The position numbers and the translations under genes were made by a program. The notes beneath the pieces were generated by a model, which was given only the letters and a program-made list of their open reading frames with translations, was not told the DNA's origin and made no database searches. A stretch of DNA of 63,420 nucleotides, counting the filler, from Folioceros fuciformis (Eukaryota): NCBI GenBank assembly GCA_049999805.1. It is 10 parts of 10 records of this genome, joined end to end, with 100 filler letters (N's around TTAATTAATTAA, not from the genome) between each part and the next. Parts side by side here need not be neighbours in the genome. Positions count along the whole stretch, not along the records: positions 1 to 15,096 come from JBNGIO010000944.1; positions 15,197 to 20,736 come from JBNGIO010000945.1; positions 20,837 to 23,121 come from JBNGIO010000946.1; positions 23,222 to 31,498 come from JBNGIO010000947.1; 6 more parts are not named here. One strand, given 5' to 3'. This document shows positions 10,997-24,260 of the stretch, piece by piece (position 1 is the stretch's first letter; each line of letters starts with the position of its first letter).

Positions 10997-13900
10997 CTAA
11001 TATTGCTTCCCTAATTCCACTTTCTTCATTATCCGCATAGCACCATGCAACATCGAATCCACGATACCTGCAACCTGCGTTTAAGCACCATTCTGCGATC
11101 AAAAACACACCGAATAAAGCAAAAGAGAGAACGGCTGGCATCCACGTAGCACTTCTTTGCACTGCGGTTTCATGCAGGCGTTATTTGACAAACCGTGAAT
11201 ACTCCTCCAATGATGGCACAAAGGTTGACGACGAAGTGAGCAAACGATTTCCCTTTTTCTCTGACCGTCACCTGGCGCGAGATTGACCACCGCACAAGCA
11301 AACCTTATACTGAGAACGAGACCCGCAAGTATACATCATACGCACACTTAAGAACTAGACTCCCAATTCATTCGCTGCCTCAGATGCTTGCAAAGGTAAA
11401 TGTGGCACCTACATTGCAGCCATGGTGCATCACTCACAAAACCCTTTCTGCAACGAGTGTGACCAGACCTGCATTGGCGATAACTCATAGTGAAATTTGA
11501 CCTCAGGCACACCCTCAGTCTGGATGGGGTTGCTGTGTGCCGTGTATTCATAACGATCCAGCAACTTTCGCTCCTGCAGTTTTCGTAGAGATACCACTTC
11601 CGTCTTCACGACTTGCAAATAATGGTCATACTGGAATGCACATGATTAACACCAAAATGGTGAGTTGAGACAATCAGAGCTGGAGCGACCAGTAACTGCT
11701 GTAGATGCCTTCCATCTCCAACACTAGATAAGATGATGTGCCATGCATTCAGTACGTGAAGACCATGTACGGGGCATTACTGTGATATTTGACGCCTCTG
11801 ACAAGAAAAATCTTCCAGTTAGCCTGTCTTCCCCATGTGGCCCGAGATGCGGGGACAGACGGTTCACTTCCTTCATCCCCAGAGCAGATAGATGCTGGCC
11901 AAATGAAAATGAGCTGACATAATGTGTCAAATTCATCGTTGCTGCATCAAATGAGTGTGACTCAGAGCGTGCAGACACCATAAGATTCCCGGGGACCTGA
12001 AGATGGTAAGCAAAAGCAGTGAGACAGACGGGAGGATAAACATCAAGTAGGAGAGCAGATCCAGATGTCTGCATACCTTCTTAACTTTCACAAAGCCTTC
12101 AACTCTACACCCTCCAGCACGAGGCGCAGGTAAATTGACTACAGTATTGTTGACCTGTTCATCCTTGTTCTCCAGATCCTCCCGTTTGCCCATAACCACA
12201 GGTGGTGGCACCAGCCCTGTCAGGTACTACGATACAGCAAAAATGCTCCCAGTAAGATACGACACTGAAGCGCCAAGTGGGAAGTGTTCACTGGAACGGA
12301 AGATGCACACCTCAACCAATGAGGATGTATCTCGGTTCCCATAATATGTCTCATGTTCATGGCCACCAGGCGCTCCCCTGAACCAAAAGCACTTTTCAAG
12401 CTTAAGACTAGGAACCAGTAATTCTTACTTGACCATAAGAGAAAATAGTTCACTTCTGCAAAGTGAAACATATCCTCTGCATGTAAGGTTGAATCAAGGA
12501 ATCATGCACAAGAACATACATGAGAAAGCTGTAAGTCTATAAACCAACTGAACCACTTAATTGATAGAGACAGACAAGAATGCAAAGGCTTGAGATAAGT
12601 CCCAATTAATATTAAGTTCCCTGTACAATGAATCACCTCACGTCCTGGCCCTTGCGGAAGATCCTGATGGATGGGTATCCCTGAATATGGTGCCTGAGGA
12701 GACAAAATGATGTGACTCAATCTCAAAGATATTTCAGTCATTTATCCTTTCAAAAACACCGATTGAACAATCCAAAATTCGTTCGTTCAGCTAGTGAGAG
12801 GGCATTAAACCCACAACCAGTTCAAGAGATAGGCAGAAAAAAACGAACTCTCCACATAGTGTGCCTTGCTGGGTGCAGTCAACCTTCCCAATCAAGATTC
12901 TACCATCTGTTTCCGGACTGTATCTGTAAACACAAATCAAGTTCCACGTGATTAAAACTACTGAACACTTCAACACAAAAACGGAGCAAACTGAGAGAAA
13001 AAGAGAAGGAAAATGCCGGCAGGAAATGACACATAATTTATCGGAATTGAATTCTTGCCTCTCAGCCATAGCACGTGCCGCTCTTTCCCAAGCAGGAGCC
13101 TACAAAAACATCATAACCACGCGAAACCTGGTGGTGAAAATTCAAAGATAACACAAGGACAATTTACACAGTTCAAGTACAAAAAAAGTTTACATGCGAA
13201 TGATCCAGAAACCAACTGCATGCATCAACTCCACTTGCCAAAGATGTGGCAGCTGACCAACTATACCATACAAGAGAACAGTATCATAGTCAATTGAATC
13301 AGAGAAAGATTAAACTTACCAGACGAGTACTCCATGGACACCATGGAGCATAAAAATTGACAACCAATATAGGAAACCTGAAATGGCATAAGGGTGTTAC
13401 CACAAGGCCCACGATGAGTCTCCGAATATCTACAGTGGGTAGACACATCAAACACGACCTACTCATTTGCATAATGCTTGAAATTGGCCGCAGTCAGTGG
13501 CAACGCTCCATCCCCTGAATTTGCGGAGAGCCATTGTTCATCATCCTCATGGTCTCCATGCATGGTCAGCTTTGGTACGGATCCAGGATAGAATTCTTCT
13601 CCCATGATCCTCATCTTCGAATCTATGGAGAACTTTTTTACAGTCTTTGTCAGATTGAACCTATGCTGCATACCCCCCATCATTGTGTAAGTACTGATTT
13701 CCTGCGATAATGATTTTATCCTTCACAATTACCCATCTGTTCCAAGCAGCACAGAGCAGGTCTGCAAGTGCGCCTTCTTGAGCGCAGCGCATCTTTCAGT
13801 GCAAGGAAAATGATTCTGTGCAAAAATGTTCACTGGACAAGATATAAGCCACACAGAAACAGATTTGAGAGAGAGTCACGTACCGTTCCTAAGACATCAC

Positions 13901-14700
13901 TCACGTCTACAGAAGCGAATTCACAGGACAGTGAAGGAAAGCTGCAGGACAAGTTCAGGCTAAGATCATTCTCTCAGCAGCAGATAGATATGCAACCGTA
14001 AGTCAGGCAGAGGTAACAACTGCTGGTTTGAACAACTGAACGTTGTACACAATGGGCAGACCTCAAATTAAAATCGATCCTCAAAAATTCACCATCTCGA
14101 CTTCTGTCAATCTCCACTGTCGTGATTGTTTCCAGCCTCAAGTAGCTGCGTAGCTCCTGACACCACAATATCCACCGTGAGAGAGCCACAATCTTAATCA
14201 GAAAAGTCCTTGAAAGAATTTGAGGATGGAGTTCTCGGTTACCATAGTGAACAAAAGCAGCATAATAAAGGCGGCCAGAAGTGACAATCCAGCCCCAGAT
14301 AGAGAGGCTTCTGTTAGATCCCTTGGTATCTTCCTGCAACCAATGATAATGGGTTAGCATGAAAGACCACGCAGACGTGAGTGTAGTAGCCTCGCAGACC
14401 CTTTCAGAAATATAGCGAACGTCACAACATTTCTACAGGAACAGGTGCCTGCATTACTACTCAAGCGCAGGCATTGTCCAGAATTTTGTGAAATAAGTGC
14501 ACATCGCTCTAAAAAAAACACGATGCTCAGGCGGATGGATCTACTTAAACACGTCTTTCAACCTTTTGAACCTGGAGCTCAAAAGTAGGAGTCACTTCAG
14601 AAAACCGTCAAATCACAAGCAATGCAATAGAGCAGCAGCACAGAGACAGATGGCATTACCTGTAAAAATCCAGGGACTTGATCTTGCTGGCGGTCGTCAT
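10997..14700 (-). CDS. PDIL5-4: PDI-C protein disulfide isomerase-like 5-3/5-4 (ERGIC_N, thioredoxin, COPII-coated ERV domain)
   Basis: Exons read MTTASKIKSLDFYR, KIPRDLTEASLSGAGLS, DGEFLRIDFNL, SFPSLSCEFASVDVSDVLGT, VVNFYAPWCPWSTRL, HHIQGYPSIRIFRKG, GCRVEGFVKVKKVPGNL, KFHYELSPMQ, CAIIGGVFT, MKKVELGKQY*. Confidence 0.93.
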
Positions 14701-15096
14701 GAAGCTCGGAAGCCGTTGCCGGCAAGGCTCTCAGCAATTGCAGGAAACGAATTTTACACGCGCCGATTGCAGATGGCTAGCCGATCCATCACCACGAGCT
14801 GTCCAAATAGGTGACAATAGCCCGGCGTCGCCTGTATCCACGCGTCACAGGCAGAAGAACATATGAGAACCGCAAGACGACCTCAAGGAAACCACACTCC
14901 CTCGTTAACCCTCGTGAAACGCACCAACGACTCAGCAGGCATAACAGGAGGCGGCAGTTCAGTGGAGCGAACACTACACTGCTATTTGAAACGAACACAC
15001 TGTGCAGCTCCATGGCATGCTAGCATTTGGTTCCAACACTGACCAAATCAGACCGCGACTTAAGCCACATACTTTTGTTCCATAGTAGCTTACGCC

Positions 15097-15196
15097 NNNN
15101 NNNNNNNNNNNNNNNNNNNNNNNNNNNNNNNNNNNNNNNNTTAATTAATTAANNNNNNNNNNNNNNNNNNNNNNNNNNNNNNNNNNNNNNNNNNNN
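15097..15196. other. Artificial contig linker
   Basis: N44-TTAATTAATTAA-N44. Confidence 0.98.
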
Positions 15197-17840
15197 AGGT
15201 CCACGCCTACTGCCACTGAGTATTGATGGTACCCGTGCTCGGGATATTGCATGTTCTGGACTGCTTAGATTTGATGGAAGAACAGGCATGAGTGCGTGAT
15301 CACCAGAAAAAACATGAGTTCTACGACCAGAGACATCTGGATAAATACCTTGACACACTTCCTTCTTCTGAGCCTACACGCTTCACCGACCTGAAGCGCG
15401 CTTGAGGATGCTCAGGACTGCCACAAGATGACTAGGTGAATCTATTTGTGCATCAAGAAAAGCTCCAAGGCAAGGACAGCAGATACTTGCAGAAGATTCA
15501 ATATGTGTTGACTCCGCTGGTTATTGCACTTGCCAGCCAGGATGACAAAACACAAGATAGAAACTCAATTCACCTTGAGGGAAAACTGTGAACACCATCT
15601 GAGTTTGGTTTCCCATGAGGCAGCTGCGACTCATAAGTGTGTTCTGGGCTGTTGAACAGAAACTTGATTTTCAGCAACTAAGGATTCATACAAAGACCAA
15701 GCTACGAAAACAGAGTACACACACGAAAAAACTGTGAGCGACGCATCAATAAGTAAGCATTCAGACCTGAAAACCATGGGATGATCATCAGGTCCGGCTT
15801 TACGCCGATGCCGACGACGATATGAGTTCACAAGGTCTGGCTCACTCTGTGATGGGCTGCACGAAGAGTCATCTTAACTTTCCTCAGGCACCCAAATGAA
15901 TAAAGAAATGACAGAACACGTTCATACGAGAAGTTGATGAATAATTCAAGTGTGAGACAGTACAAACTTTTGAAACGCTGGACCAGACAGCTCAACATCA
16001 AGCTCAAAGACACCAGTAATCACCTCAACTTCCCCTCAGAACCTGAAGGGGGCCGTAAGGACGGATGAATTATCACCATGGCCCCAGCAACAGGCGAGGA
16101 CTGCCCTTTTCTCAGGTACTGTAGTTGACTGTCAAGGTCATGCTCTGGACTGGAAGTCAATTACAGTGAGGTCATTTCAAATCAGATATTAGTTACACTG
16201 AAGCTTACCTCGACAAGATTCCAATGTTCACACACCGGAAGACCTTGCATACACTAGTCAATCAAGGCTCTGAGAAGAATTGAAGCAGTTAGACCACTAC
16301 AAATTTCTTCGGCAAGTGCACAGATATGTTGAGCCAAGATGCATTTTGAGGTCACCGCATCCATTTTGTATTGCAGAGAGAAAGCCTAATCCTACTCATG
16401 CACGGGAGCACTGAGGAAGACTTGCAGAAGAGGCACCCAATTTGAGTATTGTGGAGGATGATTTCTACATTACAGATACGTTGTACCGTAAACATCAGAC
16501 TTGCAGGAGGGGTGCATAGATGTATACCTCTCACTCTCTGGTCTGTCTGAACATCCAAAAAGAGGGCTGTTCGGCTCCAAAGGCGAGTCGCAGGAATCAT
16601 AGTCAGCAGAGTCGCTGTCTCCAGCACCTGCAATGTGATACATCACCAAAACCTTCCTGGAAAATGGCCGCAAGTGACCAGGATGTCGCAGGACATCAAT
16701 GATGAACTCCACACCATTCAATGTCACAATGTTTGACAGGTGCTTGTTTGGAATGGCACATATGAGAGAGCTGCTGGGAACAGATTCAAGCTGCAAACCC
16801 TGTGATTGAAAAAGTGCAATATGTCAGGGCGTGGCAGGGCACCAAAGACATCAAACAGCACGAGCCTCCCTATAAGGCATTCTCACGCCTGAATCTCTTT
16901 ACCATGAAAAGACGGCTGGAAAGCCCCACATGATCTGCAAGAACTTTGAAAAGCAGTGCCCGTGGCCTACAGAAACCCTTTTGGATCTGCCCCAGAACCT
17001 TGTAGTCCCTGGCCATAACAACCGGCAAGTTCTCCTCAGGATGTGTCTTTATGTTGCCACCTTCGAAAACTGGACCTCCATAAAAATCAGCTACCTGTGC
17101 AGCCCCCGAAACTGAGAGTGAACACAAACACGAGATGAATTTGAAAGAGAAGTGCAATGAGGGCCAAGGCATCAGCCGCAGTTGGCATCAAGTAGCAGGG
17201 AAGAAGAAAACCCCACCACTTCCGCTATTTTTTTGGTCGTAAGAGAAACATTCGCTCCTAAATCTTTCACTAGTTCTGAGACAAGCTCCTTCAATCCAGC
17301 AAGAACAAGATCTTCCTTGGTATCTACAAGTAGCACATCTGAGGAGGGTGCATCAGCACCCAATTCTTGGAGCTCTTTAAGTGTTGGAAGCCCACTGGAG
17401 AACCGAACTTTCAAGCTTGCGCTCTGCAATATCAAAAAAATACCATAAACTGTGAGAAAAAAACAGAGCAAAGCCCAGAGTGTCAAAGAGGTCGTTGCAC
17501 ACAAATCAGAATGATATGACCAACAAGCGAAACAATGCATACATCAGAAAGCAAAGAGGCTGTACCGGCACAACTGAGTAGAAGCCATCCGGGATCCTCG
17601 ATCTTAAACTGCCTGTCTCCCAAAGTTCTTGAGAGGCCGTCCGAGGAGATACATCCTCAGGAGGACACAAAACTGACCCTCCTGCTCTACCTACATCCTG
17701 GGAGACAATCGCTATATTGCTCATCTTCCCAACCAAGCTTTCTACACCCGATGACTGCCCATCTGTTTGGATAATGGCGTGGTCTCTTTCCTGAGTAGAT
17801 ACAAAAGGAACAAGAATTTCAATCACGGGTGTGTAGGACC
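15197..17840 (-). CDS. Partial B1-subgroup Raf-like MAPKKK (EDR1/CTR1-type N-terminal domain, At3g58640-like); kinase domain lies beyond the contig end and the start exon is unresolved
   Basis: Exons read ASQELWETGSLRSRIPDGFYSVVP, LPTLKEL, LGQIQKGFCRPRALLFKVLADHVGL, GDSDSADYDSCDSPLEPNSPL, QSEPDLVNSYRRRHRRK, SSPEHAISRAR. Confidence 0.85.
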
Positions 17841-19355
17841 CTGTCAACGGGAAACAGACAACGTGAAATCATGGCCATGTGTTGCCAGCCCTGCAAAAGA
17901 CGTAAACCAGAGAGACGTAGTGCATTTAAAATAGCCTCTACAATTCCATGACAGCCTCGTCCTTGGGGCCAACAGAGCAAATGCACACGAGGAAGGAGCG
18001 ACCTACTTTGTTGATGCTTGCCAGGGCTGCTCGGACCCATCCTAGGGATAAGACAAGCCAGAACAAAGCCAGAGATTAGGGACAGTTGGTAGCACAAACC
18101 GAAATGCTCGGTGACACTCCACGCAGGAATCATGTCAGCGTGCAGAAAGGCTCATAAAAGTCTGACCCGCAACGTACAGTTGAAGGAAGGTGACCCCACA
18201 GACCTTCTGGCAAGAAAATGTTTCAGCGGCTGAGAGCATTTTCCTTTTCCCTGGACGAGTGTATCATACTAAAGCCGCACCAAAGGCATACACCTACAAA
18301 TGTGACTACAGGTATCCACATGCGCCTCCGTTAACCATAAATGCCAATTGCATCTCGTACAGGACTAGAGCCATATGAGCACGTGCGTTGAACTTCTGCC
18401 AGCTTTGTGCCGACAGTTACGCGCACAGCAGCAGCTCAAACTATATGCAAGCAGGAAAGTTTCATCACAGTCTAGGACACGACAGAGGACGCTGACGCCC
18501 AAAGAAAGAAACCTACAAAGCAGTCCCAAGCCCGGTGGACGGCGGTTCTGAGTAATTCGACACCTTATCCTCCGACAAGATCTACTCCTTCCCTTCCCTC
18601 CTCGACAATGAGAAGCGAAACATCCAGATTCCTCCAGCACCACCATCCATGTCCAGGCAGCGACCTAACCACCAAAAAATGAGGCGCAGATGCGCAAGCA
18701 ATTCATCCACAAAGAACAAAGCAGGAAAAAAAATTGCCAAGCTTGGAAAGCCGCAAAGCCGCGGATCATGCAAATCTCAGTCATAATTTCAGCAAGCAGG
18801 CAGCGTGTCCCGCCGGGACGGAAGACGTGGCAGCACTCCACCTACCTGTGTCATCACAGGCGGGCGCGTTGCTGTGCTGGCCGGGTTCAAGGCGAGCCTT
18901 GATTCGGGAAAGAAACTCTGACATTCAGGGAAGCTCGCAATTTCTGGCGTGCGCGCGTGCCCTCATGGGTGGACCGGAGTGGCAGCAGTCGCCAAGGCGC
19001 AGGTTTCCGGCTGCGAGAGCCGCTCCAGAAGCCAATGTGGGCGCAGCCAGGCCGTCCGTCCCGCTCCCGGCGGAGACGCAGCCCACGCCAGCACGGGCCA
19101 CATCTCAGGTCTGTCCTGCCACCACTCCCTGCGCTCCCGCCATCCTCCCGATCGCCATCACACGCCCCAGCCAGCAATTCCCGATCTGCAGGCCGGCGCA
19201 CTCTCGCGCCGCCCCCCGTGGCCCCGGTGCACGCACAGCACGAAATGCAGTGGCCAGTGCGTCTCACAACGTCTCGGAACGTCTCAGCGCGCCTCAGCCC
19301 GACTCAGCGTCTCATCCGGCTCCAGGCTCATCAGAGTCTCAGGCTCTCGGTCGCC

Positions 19356-19435
19356 TGGGCTGGGCCGGGCCGGGCTGGGCTGGGCTGGGCTGGGCTGGTC
19401 GGGACTGGACTGGACTGGCCTGGGCTGATCTGGGC
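19356..19435. repeat. (GGGCT/GGACT)n pentanucleotide microsatellite
   Basis: gggctgggccgggccgggctgggctgggctgggctgggctggtcgggactggactggactgg. Confidence 0.85.
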
Positions 19436-20570
19436 TCGCAGTGAATGAGTGTGATGAGAGAGGGGGCCCCCAGCCGGCAGCAACTCCAGGCGAAATGGTC
19501 ATATAAAATGGATGCCTGACGAGAGGTCCCGCCCAGAGCGCCACGCCTAAAGCTACCCCAAGACTACGTCCGAGGGCAGAGCGATCCCACGGAAGCGCCA
19601 GCCCGGTGGGCGGGGGCTCCGGGTTAGGTGCAGCCCGCTTGACGTGGTCACCCTGCTTGACGGGCAGTCGACGGAGCCAACGGGCCCGGGCAGTATAAAG
19701 TGCGGCCTCTGGTGGGATCACGGCTGTGGGGGCTTTGTCGGTGATGAAAGGCAGAAGGGAAGGCGAGACAAAGGAAAGCAAGGGAAGGGTATGGAACGTT
19801 CCCATGGTCATTATCGGCCCCTGAGTGAGGCGCATGGGACCCATGGGGACCATGGCGGGAAGGGGCTGAATTAAATCGGTCCAGGGGGGAGGGCAGCCTG
19901 ACGTCCGTGTCATATCCTTACCATTCAACTTGAACGCTTGCGCTTGCCGCTGCGCTGTTGCTATCGAGCCAACCAACACATGGCACGTCCGACGGAACAG
20001 TAACACTCTGACGGAATTGCGTGACAAGTAACGGGCCCGAGGCGAAGTCCAGGGGTTGCTGATTGATCACATTGTTGCTGTTGCGATCCTTTCCTGCCGC
20101 TGCTTCTTTGCGCTGTGTGGTGAGCCGGTGGAAGCATCTGCATCATTCAGGTAGACTGTGACTGTGAGCAAGACGGGACGGTGTGCCCTAAGTCACACTG
20201 GCCCGTACGCAGCCCCGAAGCATGGCAGCCACACAGGCCTAGCTCTCGCCCACGGAGCGATGTGAACTTTCTCCTCCTATGCTTATCTGACGGGACAGGG
20301 TGTCATGCAGTGCTTGCAAGCTTGGGTTCAATGCATCCACGCAAGGATGACGACGCAAATCCGTTCACCGGCCTCGGTTTCTCGCTTTGCTCCGCGGTGT
20401 CGAGCGAGATTAGTACCGGTTCGGGAGGCCGGATTTGGTGCATTCAAGGCACACATTTGTTACACATCTTTCTCAGCCCCTGTGTGCGAATGCGGCACTC
20501 AGCTCTGCATCCCCGACAGACATACGCAACATAAAGCAGAGGTTCGTCGTGTGAGATAGTCCGCTCACAA

Positions 20571-20735
20571 TCAGCGTAGATAGATGCAACACTTCATTTC
20601 TAGGAACTGACCAATGTCGGACACCACCTTGTTCATCGGGGGCCTATCGTCGCTGGAGGCAGCCACGCACGACATGGCCACTTCCGCGTATTTCCACAAT
20701 GCCTCCTCCTTGAAGTCGCCTCGGAGAGCGGGATC
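20571..20735 (-). CDS. C-terminal end of a receptor-like kinase (subdomain XI), truncated by the contig end
   Basis: Not in the ORF track. Reads DPALRGDFKEEALWKYAEVAMSCVAASSDDRPPMNKVVSDIGQFLEMKCCIYLR*. Confidence 0.8.
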   Translation of the reverse strand, partial: DPALRGDFKEEALWKYAEVAMSCVAASSDDRPPMNKVVSDIGQFLEMKCCIYLR

Positions 20736-20736
20736 C

Positions 20737-20836
20737 NNNNNNNNNNNNNNNNNNNNNNNNNNNNNNNNNNNNNNNNNNNNTTAATTAATTAANNNNNNNN
20801 NNNNNNNNNNNNNNNNNNNNNNNNNNNNNNNNNNNN
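20737..20836. other. Artificial contig linker
   Basis: N44-TTAATTAATTAA-N44. Confidence 0.98.
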
Positions 20837-21400
20837 ATTCTAAACCTCATTGCGTTATGTCTTAGCAGTAGGGTAGATCAAACTTTTGTTCACAAAGTTT
20901 GTTTCATGGACATTGTGTTCATTGCTTTGTAACCTATCATTTGAAAAGGTGTATAGGCTGTAGAGCTAAGTACCATGTTCCTTTTGGATTTTGTTTACTC
21001 TCTTTGTTGATCCAAATGTATGAAGGTGATATATTGTGCTCAAACATAATTGCACGTCTAAGGTCTTTATAAATTGTTGCCAAAATTCCCTTGTGAATCT
21101 GGGATCAATCTATCACTCACAATTTGTGTGGGCAATCGATATAACACATAGATATCCTTAGTAAACAACTCAGCAACTTTTGAAGCCTTACCTTGCTTCT
21201 TTGTGAAGATGAAGTGTGCTTACTTGTTGAACTTATTAACATTTAACATGATTGCTATGTATCCATTACTCGCCGATAATGGCATAACAAAATCTATTGA
21301 TATACTCTTTCAAGACCCACTTGGAATAGGCAAGGGTCGCGAAAAACCTCACAAATTTGTCCTTCTATTGCTAAGGGTTGCAGGAAATAGTCTAATGAGC
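20837..21400 (-). mobile_element. Decayed Ty3/gypsy integrase fragment
   Basis: Minus strand reads RPLPIPSGS*KSISIDFVMPLSASNGY...AHFI...KVAELF...LPTQIVSDR/DPRFTREFWQQ...LSTIYH, matching the gypsy integrase core. Contains stops and frameshifts. Confidence 0.8.
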
Positions 21401-22033
21401 AAGTGGTCTATCTTGTAACACATGGGAGATCCCCTCTAATGAAAAATGATGAAGTTCAACCGGTCATCAATGATATATGAATTCAAATTGTTTTTAAAAA
21501 GAAATAACCAATGAAGAAAACTTCACTATACTCACAAGTTTATGTTGTTACAACCATATAGAATGCAATTTTCCTTGATACATTGACAACCATAGAAACA
21601 TATAATGTCGCCCAACTCGTTAATGTGACAAGCAACATATGTTTATGAGGCTGGGTGTGGGATCGAAAACCTTGGGGTTTTAGGAAAAAATAATTGACCT
21701 TGCCTCACAGAAAAAAAACATTTAAAACGTGTGACAACATTAATTTTTTTTATCAAGTTTTATCATATGTGCAGTAATTTTACCATACTCTACGATGCAT
21801 AATTGTCCAAATTATAGGTTTTGAAAATGTAAAGCTTAGTGTCTTTTTGTTTGCCACATTTTAAAGAAATATCTTTGTGGGTTGTTTTTGCCCAAATTGA
21901 AATATCACATTTAACCTTAGTATCCAAGATGAGGAGTATGTCTCCATTTCTTAAGAGACCTTATTCATCGCTGCATTCTCCCTCTACAGCAACTCCACTT
22001 CTCTTCACCCTCCATTGGTTTTTCCTCCTGCTA

Positions 22034-22125
22034 AGAGTTTCCGTTCCTTTTTGCACTAATGTCTCTTGGTAAGCTTGAGAGTTTCCGTTCCCTTTTGCAC
22101 TAATGTCTCTTGGTAAGCTTGAGAG
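22034..22125. repeat. About 45-bp tandem duplication
   Basis: Two copies of AGAGTTTCCGTTCCYTTTTGCACTAATGTCTCTTGGTAAGCTTG. Confidence 0.8.
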
Positions 22126-22511
22126 CTGTGCAAGAAAAGAGAAAGATAGTTGGGCTTGGCTTTTCTTTCTTGTGCGCATTATAGCTACCACTCATGTAGC
22201 TAGAAAATTGCCTAAGGCCATAAGGGTGTTAGATACCTCTTTGGAGCACTCTTTCTACGCATCACAACTATTGCCACTCCTCTGCCTAGAAGTTGGCTAA
22301 GTCCCTAAGGTGAAGCTACTAATTATCTAATTGTCTTGCTGCTACTCCTTCATCTACTCATTGCAAAAATGGCGAAGTTCATGGACTTCCTCATGCACAT
22401 CTTCTTCCCATGACCTTTACTTGTGCATGGTTCTTGCAGCAAGTATAATACAATGTAAACAATATAGCCCTTAATATAGCCAAACTGAGTCGTACAATAC
22501 GTAGCAATATG

Positions 22512-22612
22512 CCCCTTTCATAACAGAAGAATGAACAAAACAAGAAAAGAAAAAGGTTTGTTACCCTTTCATAACAGAAGAATGACCAAAACAAAAAATG
22601 AAAAAGGTTTGT
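22512..22612. repeat. About 51-bp tandem duplication
   Basis: Two copies of CCCTTTCATAACAGAAGAATGAMCAAAACAA...AAAAAGGTTTGT. Confidence 0.75.
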
Positions 22613-23121
22613 GTAACAATATGCTTTAGAGAAAGGAGATGTTTTCTAATAGTGAGGCTTGTCAATAAGAACCTTGATGATTTCTCAAGGGGTCACTTGG
22701 TGTACAAGATTTATTATCTCCATGCTCGAACTAATGGATCAATTTGAAAAGAATAAGAGGATTTCAAATGATTTAAATTATAGTGAAAAACATCTCGGTT
22801 TGCCAAGCAATATATGCACATTCCTTTACATTGACCTCTTACTCATAGGAAGATGTGTATCACTTCTTGACTATACACATGTCCTTCTTACAAAAAGTAC
22901 AAAAGGTACAAAACATACAAAACGTACAACCTTTATATGTTTTGTAAAACGACACTGGAGTCAATATGTAAATAATTCGAAATTTTATTATAAAATTGAG
23001 TTGATGGATAAAATATTCTATTATGTCTATCTTGAAACTCTTGTTTATGTACGATTTTATGTGTGTGCTATAACTTGATGCTTGGCACCATCTTTGTTCA
23101 TAGAGGGATCCACGGATGGAT

Positions 23122-23221
23122 NNNNNNNNNNNNNNNNNNNNNNNNNNNNNNNNNNNNNNNNNNNNTTAATTAATTAANNNNNNNNNNNNNNNNNNNNNNN
23201 NNNNNNNNNNNNNNNNNNNNN
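23122..23221. other. Artificial contig linker
   Basis: N44-TTAATTAATTAA-N44. Confidence 0.98.
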
Positions 23222-24260
23222 TGTCACTTGAGATTTTCGCCTTTGCCTTGGACAACTAGAGAGCAGCACCCCCTATGTCACTTGAGATTTCCGTTTGAGG
23301 TTTTTGTTACATTCCGCTTGAGTTCTCTATTACACTGACCTACAGCCAGTTGCTTAGATTGCATCTATAGGTCATTCAAGTGACCACTATTCTTTTGTTT
23401 TGATCAAAGGTGTGTCAACATTTCTAGCACATCAAGAGTGGTAACAGTAGCTTTGGGCATCAGATTCCAGTGTCATGTGTACCACGGGACGTAGGAGTCC
23501 CACCACCGAGTTGAGACATTGATCACCGAGCCGGAGGCCACAACTTCACGAAGGCCACGAGTTGAGCAGTAACAACATTCTGTGTCTTGAACCCTGTGCA
23601 TTTGCCAGCATCAGTTTTGATCATTTACGTATCGATTATGAATTAGGACAAGGAACGTTGATACTGGTCAGTATCCTGTTACAACTTCTGAAGACAGTGC
23701 CAGAGACAGGCCACTGCCGAAGACGTAACCCCTACTTCACAGATCTCAATAATATAAACCCAAATCCCAAAACCCAGGGATATGGAAGTCTTGTAGACGG
23801 AGTTTGCGAGGTTGCCAAATCTGGCGAGGGTACAGATACGCCTGCACATTGCAAACCCCTAAGACATCTGCATCTGCACTGAAACTCACGCACCTGAAAA
23901 GTGGCAGAGAAGCAAAGGCAGCACCTGCACCGAAGTCTGACTCGGTGGAGCCTCACCGGGAAAGAGAATCCTGGAATCTAAGCTCACTGGCCGCATTGCG
24001 AAAATTCGTCATTGATATTCCAATGCACGGGAATTAGCAGCGTCACGGAACAACGTCATAGCCTCGGCTAGTAACAAACCAACCACGCGTGAGCTTTTGA
24101 CTCTAGTCTTGAATGGTCGTCTGTTTCCACACAGGCTCTGTTCCCCAGCGCCTCCGGCCCATCCTAACCCCAGCCTCAACATGCATGCCTTCTCTGCCCC
24201 GGGACGTGAATGCCAGTTGCCTTGGCAACATTGCAGGCTGTTCCTCCTTCGCCTGCAACG

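Noticed and set aside
18734-20027. Overlapping 126-247 aa ORFs upstream of the Raf-like gene
   Set aside because: GC-rich promoter and microsatellite sequence open in several frames, with no recognisable domain.
21830-22000. Possible further L1 ORF2 remnant (minus strand, FNLGKNNPQRYFFKMWQTKR)
   Set aside because: Only one short, degenerate motif; not enough support.
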